Below are positions 1 to 9,397 of a stretch of DNA of 64,000 bases, one piece after another. Numbering within the stretch: the stretch's first letter is position 1; every line of letters starts with the position of its first letter. This DNA is from Leptospira biflexa (lineage in GTDB: Bacteria; Spirochaetota; UBA4802; UB4802). Where the stretch lies: the NCBI GenBank assembly GCA_020721905.1, contig DYLU01000001.1, forward strand, positions 32,439 through 96,438, given 5' to 3'. The translations under genes and the position numbers were made by a program. Under the pieces are notes generated by a model. That model was not told where the DNA came from. It searched no databases and worked only from the letters and a program-made list of their open reading frames with translations.

Positions 1-224
1 AAGTCGATGTATATTTAATATACCCTCACAAAAAAAAGGAAAGCTCATTAACGCAATAAACAGGAATAAAATTTTAAAAGAATGCATGCATATAGTCTTT
101 TGACAGTCTTACTTCATTTTTTAAGTAATATTTGTGTATTCAGGCCATTCTTAGCAAAAAATATTTTTTGGTGATTTTTGCCTTAATAAGAAGTGTTTGG
201 GCAGGAAAATACTATATTGACCTT

Positions 225-1130
225 TCACAATGTAATCATACCTTTACTTACAAACTTTTTACACTGCTCATATTCTTCATGAGTCATCCATCTGGTTAAT
301 GCTTCATCTATTTTTGCATCACTTCCAATCTTCATGCATTTCTCAGGCCATAATGGATTATACCGTAAAAGCTCAACGGTATCAACACCATGCTGGTGCA
401 AAAACTGTGCAATGCCTGTAAGATTCTTTTCCGTTGCAGTAATTCCCGGAACAAGCGGAGTGCGCACAACAACCTGAATTCCCATGCTTTGCGATAGCTG
501 TATAAGCTTTTTGAAATTTGATATTATTTTTGTATTTGAAACGCCGCAGTACTTTTTGTGGTCTTCTTCATCAATTAATTTAATATCATAATACACGGTG
601 TCACAATATGGTGCAATGCAGGTTTCAAATTCATCCCAGTTAAAATATCCGCTTGTTTCCACAAGGGTATGAATTGCATTATTTTTACATTGCTTCAATA
701 GCTCTGATGCAAATGGTATCTTCATCAAAGGCTCACCACCTGAAAGGGTCACACCGCCACCTGACGTATCAAAAAACGGCTTATCCTTTAAAACATGCTG
801 CATTATATCTTCAACAGTCAAAAGCTTGCCTACGGTACTCATAGCACCTGATGGGCACACATCAACACATCCAAAACACAGCGTGCATTTTTTTCTATCC
901 ACAAAGTTTTGATTGTGCACATCAATAGCATGTTCAGGACATACCTTTGCACAGCTCAGGCAGGCAATACATTCATTTTTATCCCAGGATAATTCAATGG
1001 CAGCTTTTTTACTTTCTGGATTATGGCACCATACACAGTTTAGAGGACAGCCTTTAAAAAACACAACTGTTCGTATACCGGGACCATCATCAAGTGAATT
1101 GCCTTTAATTTCCAGTATTAATGTTTTCAT
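225..1130 (-). CDS. Glycyl radical enzyme activating enzyme (radical SAM; two extra ferredoxin-like 4Fe-4S clusters)
   Basis: Translation has the radical SAM motif GCPLNCVWC (Cx3Cx2C) near the N-terminus plus two CxxCxxCxxxCP ferredoxin motifs (CIACLSCAKVCP, CTLCFGCVDVCP). It starts 18 nt downstream of the GRE gene on the same strand. Confidence 0.85.
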   Translation of the reverse strand: MKTLILEIKGNSLDDGPGIRTVVFFKGCPLNCVWCHNPESKKAAIELSWDKNECIACLSCAKVCPEHAIDVHNQNFVDRKKCTLCFGCVDVCPSGAMSTVGKLLTVEDIMQHVLKDKPFFDTSGGGVTLSGGEPLMKIPFASELLKQCKNNAIHTLVETSGYFNWDEFETCIAPYCDTVYYDIKLIDEEDHKKYCGVSNTKIISNFKKLIQLSQSMGIQVVVRTPLVPGITATEKNLTGIAQFLHQHGVDTVELLRYNPLWPEKCMKIGSDAKIDEALTRWMTHEEYEQCKKFVSKGMITL

Positions 1131-1148
1131 ATATTTTTTATCGTACGT

Positions 1149-4136
1149 TTATATTCCGTATTCAGCACGCTCAATGAGTTCTAATTGCATCTGACGGTTT
1201 AATGTAACAAAATATGCATTGTATCCTGAAATACGCACAATAAGGTTGCGATAGTTTTCGGGATGGGCCATTGCATCGCGCAATACTGCCGATGTAACCA
1301 CATTCATCTGCATCTGCATCCCACCCAATGTGAAATAGGTCTTCACATACGAGAACATATCATTCACGGTCTTTTCCCGTGATTCTATTGCAGAAGGCAC
1401 AACCTTAACATTAAAAGCGATATTATTGGTAAGGTTAACCGGAACCAATTTTGCAACATCCCTGATATTGTCTAACAAATTTTTTGAAGCAAACGGCTGA
1501 GGTGTTAAACCTGGTGTAAACGGTTTTCCTGCCAATCTTCCCGAAGGGAGAGCCCCGGTAAGCGTGCCAAAGGCAACATGATTTGACATTGACCAGAAGC
1601 CCGTAGTATATATACCACCACGGTAATGCGGAATGCCGGCAAAATAATCATGCGCCCATTTAGCAATCCTGTTTGCCATTGCACAGGCTTCTTCATTTCC
1701 TGAACCAAACAGCGGAACTTTTTTGTGAACGGTTTCAAGCAATACCGTATCATTTTGAAAATTACTGTCAATAGCTTTCTTTATATCAGCAAATGTGTAT
1801 TTCTTTTCGTCATATATAAGCTTTTTTATAACCATCATGGAATCAGTTACGTCAGCAAGTCCAATGATTGCAGTACCGGAGCTATTATACTTTGCCCCAC
1901 CTTCTGTTACATCCCTGCCTTTTTCTAAACAGCCTTCAATCAAGGATGAAAGTAGCGGTGTTGGCCGCAGATATTTATGAGCTTCAGCCAGCTTATTATT
2001 ATAATCAATTGACTGGTCAATAATAAAGGCAAACTGTTTGGTAAATGCATCAAAGAAATCATCAAAGGTTTTAAAAACGCCATCTTCAGGCTTTCCCGTC
2101 TTTGGTCCAATATCCAGCCGTGTCAGTGGATGATAGCCATTGTAAAGTGCCATTTCCAGAGCTGCCACCATATTCATCATCTGCATGTTGGTATGTCCAA
2201 AATGCTTATGCGAGAGTGTGGGTTCAACACAGCCTGTTGCTGACCAATCACGAATATCATTGATGTCATACCCCATTGGGGTCAGAGCCTTTATGATTGC
2301 AGCATCATTGTGCATTGATGGAGTAGCTGCGGTAATAAGGTTTACTTCACAAAGGCGTTTTAAATAGGTATCACTGTTGACACCTGGCATATAGCGGGCA
2401 TTGACGTTGGGATCACGAATGGCAAGCATCTCTGTTACTTTTAAGAAAATATACGTCATATCATTAACTGCGTCTTTGCCATCCGGTGTTACACCACCTA
2501 ATGTAATAGCCTGATCAGATGAACTTCCGCCAAAATAGAAGTTGGCTAAATCAGGAGTAAGGGGAAAATGGTCGGTGCAGCGCATATAAAAATCGGCAAC
2601 AAGTTCTATTGCCTGTTTTATATATTCTTCCCGCTTCTCTGGCGGAGTGTTTTTCATATCATTGATAAAATATGGCTGTAGCCACTGATCAAGTCTACCC
2701 AGTGAAAGACCAGCATTTAAGCTTTCGTTGTGTAGTGCAATCCAGGTAATCCACATTGCGGTCAGTGCTTCATGCAGCGTTGTGCATGGATTGGCTGGAA
2801 TACGGCTGCAAATATCAGCTATTTTCAGCAATTCCTGTTTGCGTATTAGATTCGTTTCCTGGTTACTATCGACGAGAGCCTGCTGTGAAAGATTTTTTGC
2901 ATACGCATTAATACCTTCAAGGCAGGCAATCATAGCATTAAGAAGATTTCGTTTACTCTGCGAGCAATCTTTAGTAAGCTCGGCTTTTATTTCATCAATC
3001 ATCCCTGCTGTTCCCATTGCCATCACTTTTGGAAAATCTGGAATGGTATGTGAGATAGTTGCCTGCTTCCAGTCAAAGTACAGGGCAAACCGTTCATCAA
3101 GCTGCTCACACAGGGGATTATTATATTTTTCTCTGACCCATTCCTTAAAATTGCGATGCAACCAGAATGGCAGTATTTCAAAATGTAAGACTTCACGAAT
3201 CCGGTCATCAATATCAAAAGGATTGTATGTTCTGTATGGAATGGTGAGCAATTCATTCCATATCATGATGCCGGTACTGTCAGGAAAAATGGGGCTTCCT
3301 ATGGGTTTGCTGGTGGTTGTTCCCGGCAACAGTGAATCCTTTTGTATCACGGGCTTTTTATGTTCCATCATATATTTATATGCATATGCATTGCGCAGCA
3401 CCGGCTCCCAGGGGTTGCCGTTATTGTCCTTGTCAAAGCCATGTTCCCTGTACCACTGAGTTAAATAAATTGCCCTTTCAGCACAGATAGCTGGTTTTTT
3501 AGTTAAATGGTCATTAAGAAATTTTTTGATTCGCGGGAAATCATCAAGACAATAGTGCGAAAGATACGGGTCCTCCAGAAATAAAACATTGGGTTCTTCT
3601 TTTTTTCCTTTAAGGCGCTCTTTTCGTCTTTTTGCAATCTCGTCGCTCAGTTCTTTTTGTGGTTTTGGATTTTCCTTTTTAACCTTCTTTTCATCAATCT
3701 TTCGCTCCTTTTTCATTGCACGTTTCTGAACATTATGAAAAAGCAGTGAAATAAAAAATGAGAATATATTGGAATAGGTAATACTGCCATCAATACGCAC
3801 ATCGCTCTTTAACAGCATATAAATAATATCGGTGGGTGTTCCCAGTAATAGCTTACGTGCAGCATTTTCATTTTTAAAAATCAAAATGGCATTAGCATCA
3901 GGGGCGATAGTTCCTGAAACGGTAACCCTGCCATCAATAAAAGAAATGCTGCAGACAATAGCATTGTCTTCCGTACGCAAACCAATGATAAAATTGAGAT
4001 AGCCATCTTTTGTTTTAAGGTAGCGATTGAGTGATGTGCGGTTATTAAAATTAAATGCAATGAATTTTAAAAATGATTTTATAAAAATAGAAGTGCCCAT
4101 TGTGCTGAATCTGCTCTGTGATGTGAAAAGTAACAT
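1149..4136 (-). CDS. Glycyl radical enzyme (PFL-like, Cys-x-Glu dehydratase/lyase/decarboxylase class) with an N-terminal SCP2-like domain fused through a Lys/Glu-rich linker
   Basis: C-terminal glycine-radical motif RVSGYNAYFVTL. Active-site loop is GCVEP (Cys-x-Glu). Residues ~12-135 resemble the SCP2 sterol-carrier fold (ILIFKNENAARKLLLGTPTDIIYMLLKSDVRIDGSI aligns with SCP2 [32 protein letters not shown]). The reading frame is open from the first ATG, which has a GGAGGG SD 5 nt upstream; an alternative internal Met at 3716 has no SD. Confidence 0.8.
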   Translation of the reverse strand: MLLFTSQSRFSTMGTSIFIKSFLKFIAFNFNNRTSLNRYLKTKDGYLNFIIGLRTEDNAIVCSISFIDGRVTVSGTIAPDANAILIFKNENAARKLLLGTPTDIIYMLLKSDVRIDGSITYSNIFSFFISLLFHNVQKRAMKKERKIDEKKVKKENPKPQKELSDEIAKRRKERLKGKKEEPNVLFLEDPYLSHYCLDDFPRIKKFLNDHLTKKPAICAERAIYLTQWYREHGFDKDNNGNPWEPVLRNAYAYKYMMEHKKPVIQKDSLLPGTTTSKPIGSPIFPDSTGIMIWNELLTIPYRTYNPFDIDDRIREVLHFEILPFWLHRNFKEWVREKYNNPLCEQLDERFALYFDWKQATISHTIPDFPKVMAMGTAGMIDEIKAELTKDCSQSKRNLLNAMIACLEGINAYAKNLSQQALVDSNQETNLIRKQELLKIADICSRIPANPCTTLHEALTAMWITWIALHNESLNAGLSLGRLDQWLQPYFINDMKNTPPEKREEYIKQAIELVADFYMRCTDHFPLTPDLANFYFGGSSSDQAITLGGVTPDGKDAVNDMTYIFLKVTEMLAIRDPNVNARYMPGVNSDTYLKRLCEVNLITAATPSMHNDAAIIKALTPMGYDINDIRDWSATGCVEPTLSHKHFGHTNMQMMNMVAALEMALYNGYHPLTRLDIGPKTGKPEDGVFKTFDDFFDAFTKQFAFIIDQSIDYNNKLAEAHKYLRPTPLLSSLIEGCLEKGRDVTEGGAKYNSSGTAIIGLADVTDSMMVIKKLIYDEKKYTFADIKKAIDSNFQNDTVLLETVHKKVPLFGSGNEEACAMANRIAKWAHDYFAGIPHYRGGIYTTGFWSMSNHVAFGTLTGALPSGRLAGKPFTPGLTPQPFASKNLLDNIRDVAKLVPVNLTNNIAFNVKVVPSAIESREKTVNDMFSYVKTYFTLGGMQMQMNVVTSAVLRDAMAHPENYRNLIVRISGYNAYFVTLNRQMQLELIERAEYGI

Positions 4137-4148
4137 AATGACCCTCCA

Positions 4149-4787
4149 TTATTCTATGTCCAGAGGAACATACCTATGTGAAATTACATCCACATAACTA
4201 TCGACAAAAGATTGCGGGTTATCATAAACTTCACGGATAAGCCTGCTGTTATATAAACTCACAACGCCGTTACATTCTATCCATAATTGAAGAGCGGTTA
4301 TATATGCACCATCAGGATCAAGCTCACAATGGTGCTGCAGCTTCTCTATAACAAACGCAAACGGTTTTAAGGCTATTTCCTTTTCTTTGGCGCCAACTTC
4401 TTCCAATGATGTCCCGATGCAATCCATAAACTTTGGCACATTCCTGTTTAAAAACATAACTTCATAATAATCAGGATATTGAATGCCAAATTCAATGTAT
4501 GAAGCAATCATAGATTTTATTTTATCCCTGTTAGTTGTAGCGGATGTATATGCCTTTTCAAAAAGTCCATAGAGCATTTCAAAACCACGTATGCGAATAT
4601 AAAAATACAATTCATCCTTATTTGTGTAATAGTTGTACAATGTCGTAGCAGTCACACCCAATGCAGCCCCAATCTTTCTCATGCTAAGCCTATGAAAACC
4701 TTCACTGATAACTATTTTTACCGCCGCATCAAGTATGTGCTGTTTGAAAATATCCACTTCTTCACTATTACGGGCTATACGCGGCAT
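4149..4787 (-). CDS. TetR/AcrR family transcriptional regulator
   Basis: N-terminal HTH RLSMRKIGAALGVTATTLYNYYTNKDELY is typical of TetR. Its stop lies 12 nt before the GRE start, so it is probably co-transcribed. Confidence 0.8.
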   Translation of the reverse strand: MPRIARNSEEVDIFKQHILDAAVKIVISEGFHRLSMRKIGAALGVTATTLYNYYTNKDELYFYIRIRGFEMLYGLFEKAYTSATTNRDKIKSMIASYIEFGIQYPDYYEVMFLNRNVPKFMDCIGTSLEEVGAKEKEIALKPFAFVIEKLQHHCELDPDGAYITALQLWIECNGVVSLYNSRLIREVYDNPQSFVDSYVDVISHRYVPLDIE

Positions 4788-5033
4788 TTGTTATAACTCC
4801 CCCACGCTGTTATTAATGAATCATCATTTGGTGCCTGACATGGAATCCATTGTTATACTGAAGTTGCTCCACTCCAGATTAATATTATTAAGCATTTACA
4901 AATAACACTCTGTTTACCTGCAATAAATCACTTTTCATTTATTATAATAACAATGTTAATCTAACAGTGTTAACTTTATTTGTCAATAAAAAAAAATAAA
5001 AATTTTTCAAAATTTTTATATCCTTGAGAGGAA

Positions 5034-5636
5034 ATGGAACCAGCAAAGCGACGAAGAGATATTCCTATTTTTTTGCTTCATGATATAGATCCTCAATGGG
5101 AATTGCATGAACAAAAAGCAGCACAAATACTTATTAATGAATTACAGAATGAAGGTCACAGAGTTGTTGACGTTCAGGTTACTCATCATTCATTAGAAAC
5201 AGTATTAAAATCTTACAACCCTGACGATTATATTCTCTTCAACTGGTGTGAAAGTCTGCCTGGCGATGATCATAGCGAACACATCGTCACTACGATTCTT
5301 GAAAATAAGCAATTTATATATACTGGTTCGCCTTCAGATATTCTTTTCTTTTCCTGGAATAAAGCTGCTATAAAAAAATTATTACAAATCAAAAACATTC
5401 CAACACCAGACGGTATAGTAACCTATAATTCAAAATTCAAACCTGGCACATCAGATTATGAAAATATCACGATAAAAATTCCTGCACAACTGGACAACTC
5501 CCAGTTTACACAATTGAATAAAACAGCGTTAAAAGCATATAGAGCTCTGGGCTGTCAGGATTATGCACGCATTGATATTCGTTTAAAAGATGGTACTTTC
5601 TATATTCTTGACATTAACCCTAACCCCCGACTTTAG
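5034..5636 (+). CDS. D-Ala-D-Ala ligase-like ATP-grasp protein lacking the central ATP-binding segment (possible degenerate remnant)
   Basis: The N-terminal pre-ATP-grasp region and the C-terminal motif AYRALGCQDYARIDIRLKDGTFYILDINPNP match Ddl (consensus LGCRGWARVD....EVNTxPG). About 100 residues normally found between them are absent, so the protein is 200 aa against ~300+ for Ddl. Confidence 0.5.
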   Translation: MEPAKRRRDIPIFLLHDIDPQWELHEQKAAQILINELQNEGHRVVDVQVTHHSLETVLKSYNPDDYILFNWCESLPGDDHSEHIVTTILENKQFIYTGSPSDILFFSWNKAAIKKLLQIKNIPTPDGIVTYNSKFKPGTSDYENITIKIPAQLDNSQFTQLNKTALKAYRALGCQDYARIDIRLKDGTFYILDINPNPRL

Positions 5637-5653
5637 CTATGATACATCAACAG

Positions 5654-5687
5654 CATACGAAAGCCGGGCATGCCGGGCTTTCGTATG
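5654..5687. terminator. Stem-loop (12-bp stem CATACGAAAGCC/GGCTTTCGTATG) between convergent genes; no T-tract
   Basis: Perfect inverted repeat read directly from the sequence. Both flanking genes end here. It lacks a U-run, so it may be rho-dependent or simply structural. Confidence 0.4.
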
Positions 5688-5781
5688 GTGCATTTGCAAG
5701 CTGTCTGGTAAATTTAGCAGCATTGCGCCATCCCGTTTACGGAGAAAAATATCAATATAATGTATTATAATATCCTCCATT

Positions 5782-6756
5782 TTATTGTTTTTCACAATAC
5801 CGCTTATAGGCCTCTTCTATGGCATCAAGCCACTGCTTGCGTATACCTTTGGGACTTATGACCTCAGCATATTTTCCATAGCGCAACACTTTTCCTAACA
5901 ATTCCTGAGGATGATGTACCGGCAATTGTAATTCAATATAATACCCATACTGAACATGTGAACCTTCTTTGATTTGTTGTTTGTTATGCCATATCTGCTT
6001 TCGTACAATATTGCACACAGGTTCATAAAAACGCACACAAACAATTTGACCTGTTTTCCCTTTGTAAATGCCATAGGTTGATTTAATGAACTCCTGTATT
6101 TCATTGGCAGTCAAGTGTTTGGATCGTTTTTTATTTGTATGCTCTGTTTGTATAATGCGGGACAATAAAAAAGTACGTATGCCTTTTTTATCTTCATCAT
6201 ATGCAATAACATACCATCTACCTTCATAATGTATAAAATGTTCAGGGGCGATAGTTCTTGTAGTAAGCTTCCCCTGTGCATCAGAATAGTGAATAGTAAC
6301 AACATAATCATTTCGCAGTACAGAAAACAACTTACTAAAAAGGGTCATATCTAATTCTTCCCACTCATCGATTTCGTACGTTATTTTTGAAATAAGAGGC
6401 AAGAACTGCGGTAAAATTGATCGCCTGATTATATCCGAAATACTTTTATCAACAAACGGAAAGTGTGTTGGACTGTTCATTAATTTCATTAAAAATACAT
6501 AGAACAGAAGCATTCGCTCATCACGATAGGTAAAATAATCAAACGGCAATGAGTAGCAATACCCTTTTTTATGAGGTATATACTGTATGGGGGCATTCAT
6601 TCTTTCTCTGAGATATTCAATATCACGTTTCACCGTACGTGGTGTAACCTCAAATTTACTGGCTACCTCCTGTACCGTAACTATTCCTTTTTCTCGAATG
6701 GCGGTGTCTATATACTGCAACCGTTCATTCTGGCTCAATGCAAACCTCTGCTCCAC
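5782..6756 (-). CDS. WYL-domain transcriptional regulator (wHTH-WYL-WCX architecture, PafBC/BrxR/CapW-like)
   Basis: N-terminal HTH IVTVQEVASKFEVTPRTVKRDIEYL and a central WYL motif region RWYVIAYDEDKKGIRTFLLSRI. Length 324 aa. Confidence 0.7.
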   Translation of the reverse strand: MEQRFALSQNERLQYIDTAIREKGIVTVQEVASKFEVTPRTVKRDIEYLRERMNAPIQYIPHKKGYCYSLPFDYFTYRDERMLLFYVFLMKLMNSPTHFPFVDKSISDIIRRSILPQFLPLISKITYEIDEWEELDMTLFSKLFSVLRNDYVVTIHYSDAQGKLTTRTIAPEHFIHYEGRWYVIAYDEDKKGIRTFLLSRIIQTEHTNKKRSKHLTANEIQEFIKSTYGIYKGKTGQIVCVRFYEPVCNIVRKQIWHNKQQIKEGSHVQYGYYIELQLPVHHPQELLGKVLRYGKYAEVISPKGIRKQWLDAIEEAYKRYCEKQ

Positions 6757-7011
6757 TATGGTTTTTAAATTTGAATGAAGATTATTATAACATATTTAGA
6801 TATAATGTCAATTATAATTTATCTATATACATTTATATCTCATAATATCACTTTCTTCCCATTGTAACATAGAGTGAGATTGCAATGTCATGAATCTACA
6901 CATGCTTACAATAACTTCGTAAACATTGCATGCATCTTTATTCTGTCGGGATAATAGCCGATAGCTGTATTGTCACAGATATCCTATGACATATAAGTAT
7001 ATCAATTACCA

Positions 7012-7024
7012 GTAACTATCGCCC
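7012..7024 (-). repeat. Copy of the GGGCGATAGTTAC motif (reverse orientation) in the WYL/ilvB intergenic region
   Basis: See the motif finding. Confidence 0.7.
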
Positions 7025-7185
7025 ATACTATAACGTGAACAGTGCTTATAAATTATTAAATGTTTATATTATATTTTATATATTCATTTGTATTTTTTGA
7101 TGTTTAAGAAAAAATTATGTTGCAATAAAAATAGCTGGTATATTTAGATATACATTCATATACTTTTTTGTGCGAGGTGTTATTG

Positions 7186-8865
7186 GTGAAACTGACAGGT
7201 GCACAGATAATTGTTGAATCGCTTATTAAAGAGAAGGTTGAAATCATGTTTGGCTATCCCGGCGGGGTGGTCATCCCCATATTTCATCATCTTTTCAATG
7301 CACCTATTAAATTTATTTTAACCAGGCATGAACAGGGTGCAGTACATGCAGCTGACGGGTACGCACGTGCAACCGGCAAGCCTGGCGTTGTTATTGCCAC
7401 ATCAGGTCCTGGCGCTACCAACCTGGTTACAGGTATTGCTACAGCCAATATGGATTCTGTTCCGCTTGTTATCTTCACCGGTCAGGTTTCAACTACAGTT
7501 ATTGGCAATGATGCATTCCAGGAAGCAGATACAACCGGAATAACACGGCCAATTACCAAGCATAATTATCTTGTCAATGATGTCAAAGACCTTGCACGCA
7601 TTATTAAAGAAGCATTCTATATTGCTACAACCGGAAGGCCGGGCCCGGTATTAATTGATGTACCGGTAAATATTTCAAATGCAGAAACTGAATATCATTA
7701 TCCCGAAACGGTCCATCTCAGAAGTTATAAACCAGTTATACACGGACATGCTGGCCAAATTCAGAAAGCATGCAAATTAATTGAGCAGTCAAAACGCCCT
7801 ATTGTATATGCCGGTGGGGGTGTTATCTCTTCCAATGCATCCGAAGAATTGCACACATTTGTTAAAAAAACTGGCATACCCATTACCACAACCTTACTTG
7901 GACAGGGAGCATATCCTGAAACCGACAGGCTTTCGCTCAAAATGTTAGGGATGCATGGAACCTACTATGCCAATCATGCAATGCACCAGTCGGACCTGGT
8001 TATAGCTGTTGGGGCACGCTTTGATGACAGAGTTACAGGGAAGATTGATGAGTTTATACCTCATGCAAAAGTTATACATATTGATATTGATCCATCATCA
8101 GTCAGTAAAAGTGTAGCAGTTGATGTGCCGATAGTTGGTGATGCAAAACATGTTCTTGCTGAAATGAACAAAATCGTTAAGGCTCCTAAAATAGATGAAT
8201 GGGTTGCCTATGTCCTTAAAATGAAAGATGAAAACCCATTAACATACAAAGACAGTGATGTAAAGATAAAACCGCAGTATGTTGTGGAAAAAATTTACGA
8301 ACTCACCAAAGGTGATGCCATTATCTGTACTGAGGTTGGGCAGAACCAGATGTGGGCATCACAGTTTTACAATTTTTCCAGGCCACGGACATTTATTTCA
8401 TCAGGAGGGCTGGGTACCATGGGATTTGGGTTTCCTGCAGCAATTGGTGCTCAATTGGGCCAACCAGGTAAACGTGTTATAGATATTGCTGGTGACGGCT
8501 CAATCCAGATGAATATACAGGAACTCATTGTTGCTGTACAGCACCGTTTACCCATAATTATCGCTATACTCAATAATGGTTTCTTAGGCATGGTACGGCA
8601 GTGGCAGCAACTCTTTTACAATAAACGTTATTCATATACCTGTATTAACTTTCAGCCTGATTTTGTTAAACTGGCCGAAGCATATGATGCCATTGGCCTT
8701 CGTATTGAAAAGAAGGCAGATGTTATACCAGCAATAGAAAAAGCTTTATCCATTACCAATAAACCTATTGTCCTGGATTTCCATGTGGACAGGGAAGAGA
8801 ATGTATACCCAATGATACCTGCCGGAAAATCGGTAAAAGATATGATGATGAGGGAATTAGCATGA
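7186..8865 (+). CDS. ilvB: Acetolactate synthase large subunit
   Basis: FGYPGG thiamine-diphosphate enzyme signature plus the GDG...N TPP-binding motif (IAGDGSIQMN) across ~560 aa. Proposed start is GTG at 7186 (SD GAGGTG 6 nt upstream); the ORF-track start at 7168 is TTG. Confidence 0.85.
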   Translation: MKLTGAQIIVESLIKEKVEIMFGYPGGVVIPIFHHLFNAPIKFILTRHEQGAVHAADGYARATGKPGVVIATSGPGATNLVTGIATANMDSVPLVIFTGQVSTTVIGNDAFQEADTTGITRPITKHNYLVNDVKDLARIIKEAFYIATTGRPGPVLIDVPVNISNAETEYHYPETVHLRSYKPVIHGHAGQIQKACKLIEQSKRPIVYAGGGVISSNASEELHTFVKKTGIPITTTLLGQGAYPETDRLSLKMLGMHGTYYANHAMHQSDLVIAVGARFDDRVTGKIDEFIPHAKVIHIDIDPSSVSKSVAVDVPIVGDAKHVLAEMNKIVKAPKIDEWVAYVLKMKDENPLTYKDSDVKIKPQYVVEKIYELTKGDAIICTEVGQNQMWASQFYNFSRPRTFISSGGLGTMGFGFPAAIGAQLGQPGKRVIDIAGDGSIQMNIQELIVAVQHRLPIIIAILNNGFLGMVRQWQQLFYNKRYSYTCINFQPDFVKLAEAYDAIGLRIEKKADVIPAIEKALSITNKPIVLDFHVDREENVYPMIPAGKSVKDMMMRELA

Positions 8866-9338
8866 GTCAACATGTAATCTCAGTTAAAGTAGAAAACAAA
8901 TTTGGTGTCCTTGCACGCGTTGCGGGTCTTTTCTCTGCTCGCGGCTACAATATTGACTCTCTTGCTGTAAGTGAAACTGAATCGCCTGATGTCTCAGTTA
9001 TGACAATTGTTGTAAGCGGTGATGACAGGATCATTGAACAGGTAAAAAAACAGCTCAACAAGCTCATCGATGTAATAAAAGTCACTGACCATAATCCTGA
9101 TAATGCCGTTCAACGCGAAATAGTTTTAGCCAGGCTTAATGTAACTCCATCAAAACGCAATGAAGTCTATCAATTAGCTCAGATATTTGGTGCACGCATA
9201 TCGGGAGTATCAAATAAAACTATTATACTGGAAATGGTTAGTAACCCAGAAACGATTGACAACTTTATTGAGCTCCTGCGTCCTTATTCCATTAAGGAAC
9301 TGATCCGCACAGGAAGGGTATCAATTTTAAAAGAATAG
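8862..9338 (+). CDS. ilvN: Acetolactate synthase small (regulatory) subunit, ACT domain
   Basis: ACT-domain N-terminus ISVKVENKFGVLARVAGLFSARGYNIDSLAV. Overlaps the ilvB stop by 4 nt (ATGA). Confidence 0.85.
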   Translation: MSQHVISVKVENKFGVLARVAGLFSARGYNIDSLAVSETESPDVSVMTIVVSGDDRIIEQVKKQLNKLIDVIKVTDHNPDNAVQREIVLARLNVTPSKRNEVYQLAQIFGARISGVSNKTIILEMVSNPETIDNFIELLRPYSIKELIRTGRVSILKE

Positions 9339-9397
9339 TTTTAATTCTTTGTTACTATCGTAAAAATAAATTTCATTCTTTGTTATGTATATTATTC

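Noticed and set aside
653-3459. Plus-strand ORFs from the six-frame track (e.g. 653-844, 913-1194, 1725-1980, 2185-2367, 2728-3459) antisense to the GRE and its activase
   Set aside because: They lie entirely within well-supported minus-strand genes and have no SD or homology. They are antisense frame artefacts.
5895-6311. Several 60-70-aa track ORFs overlapping other genes (e.g. 5895-6104, 6111-6311 in the WYL regulator; 7287-7543, 8279-8482 in ilvB; 23250-25112 in AOR; 47227-48161 in hslUV)
   Set aside because: They overlap or run antisense to confident genes and are rich in low-complexity residues. They are treated as spurious.
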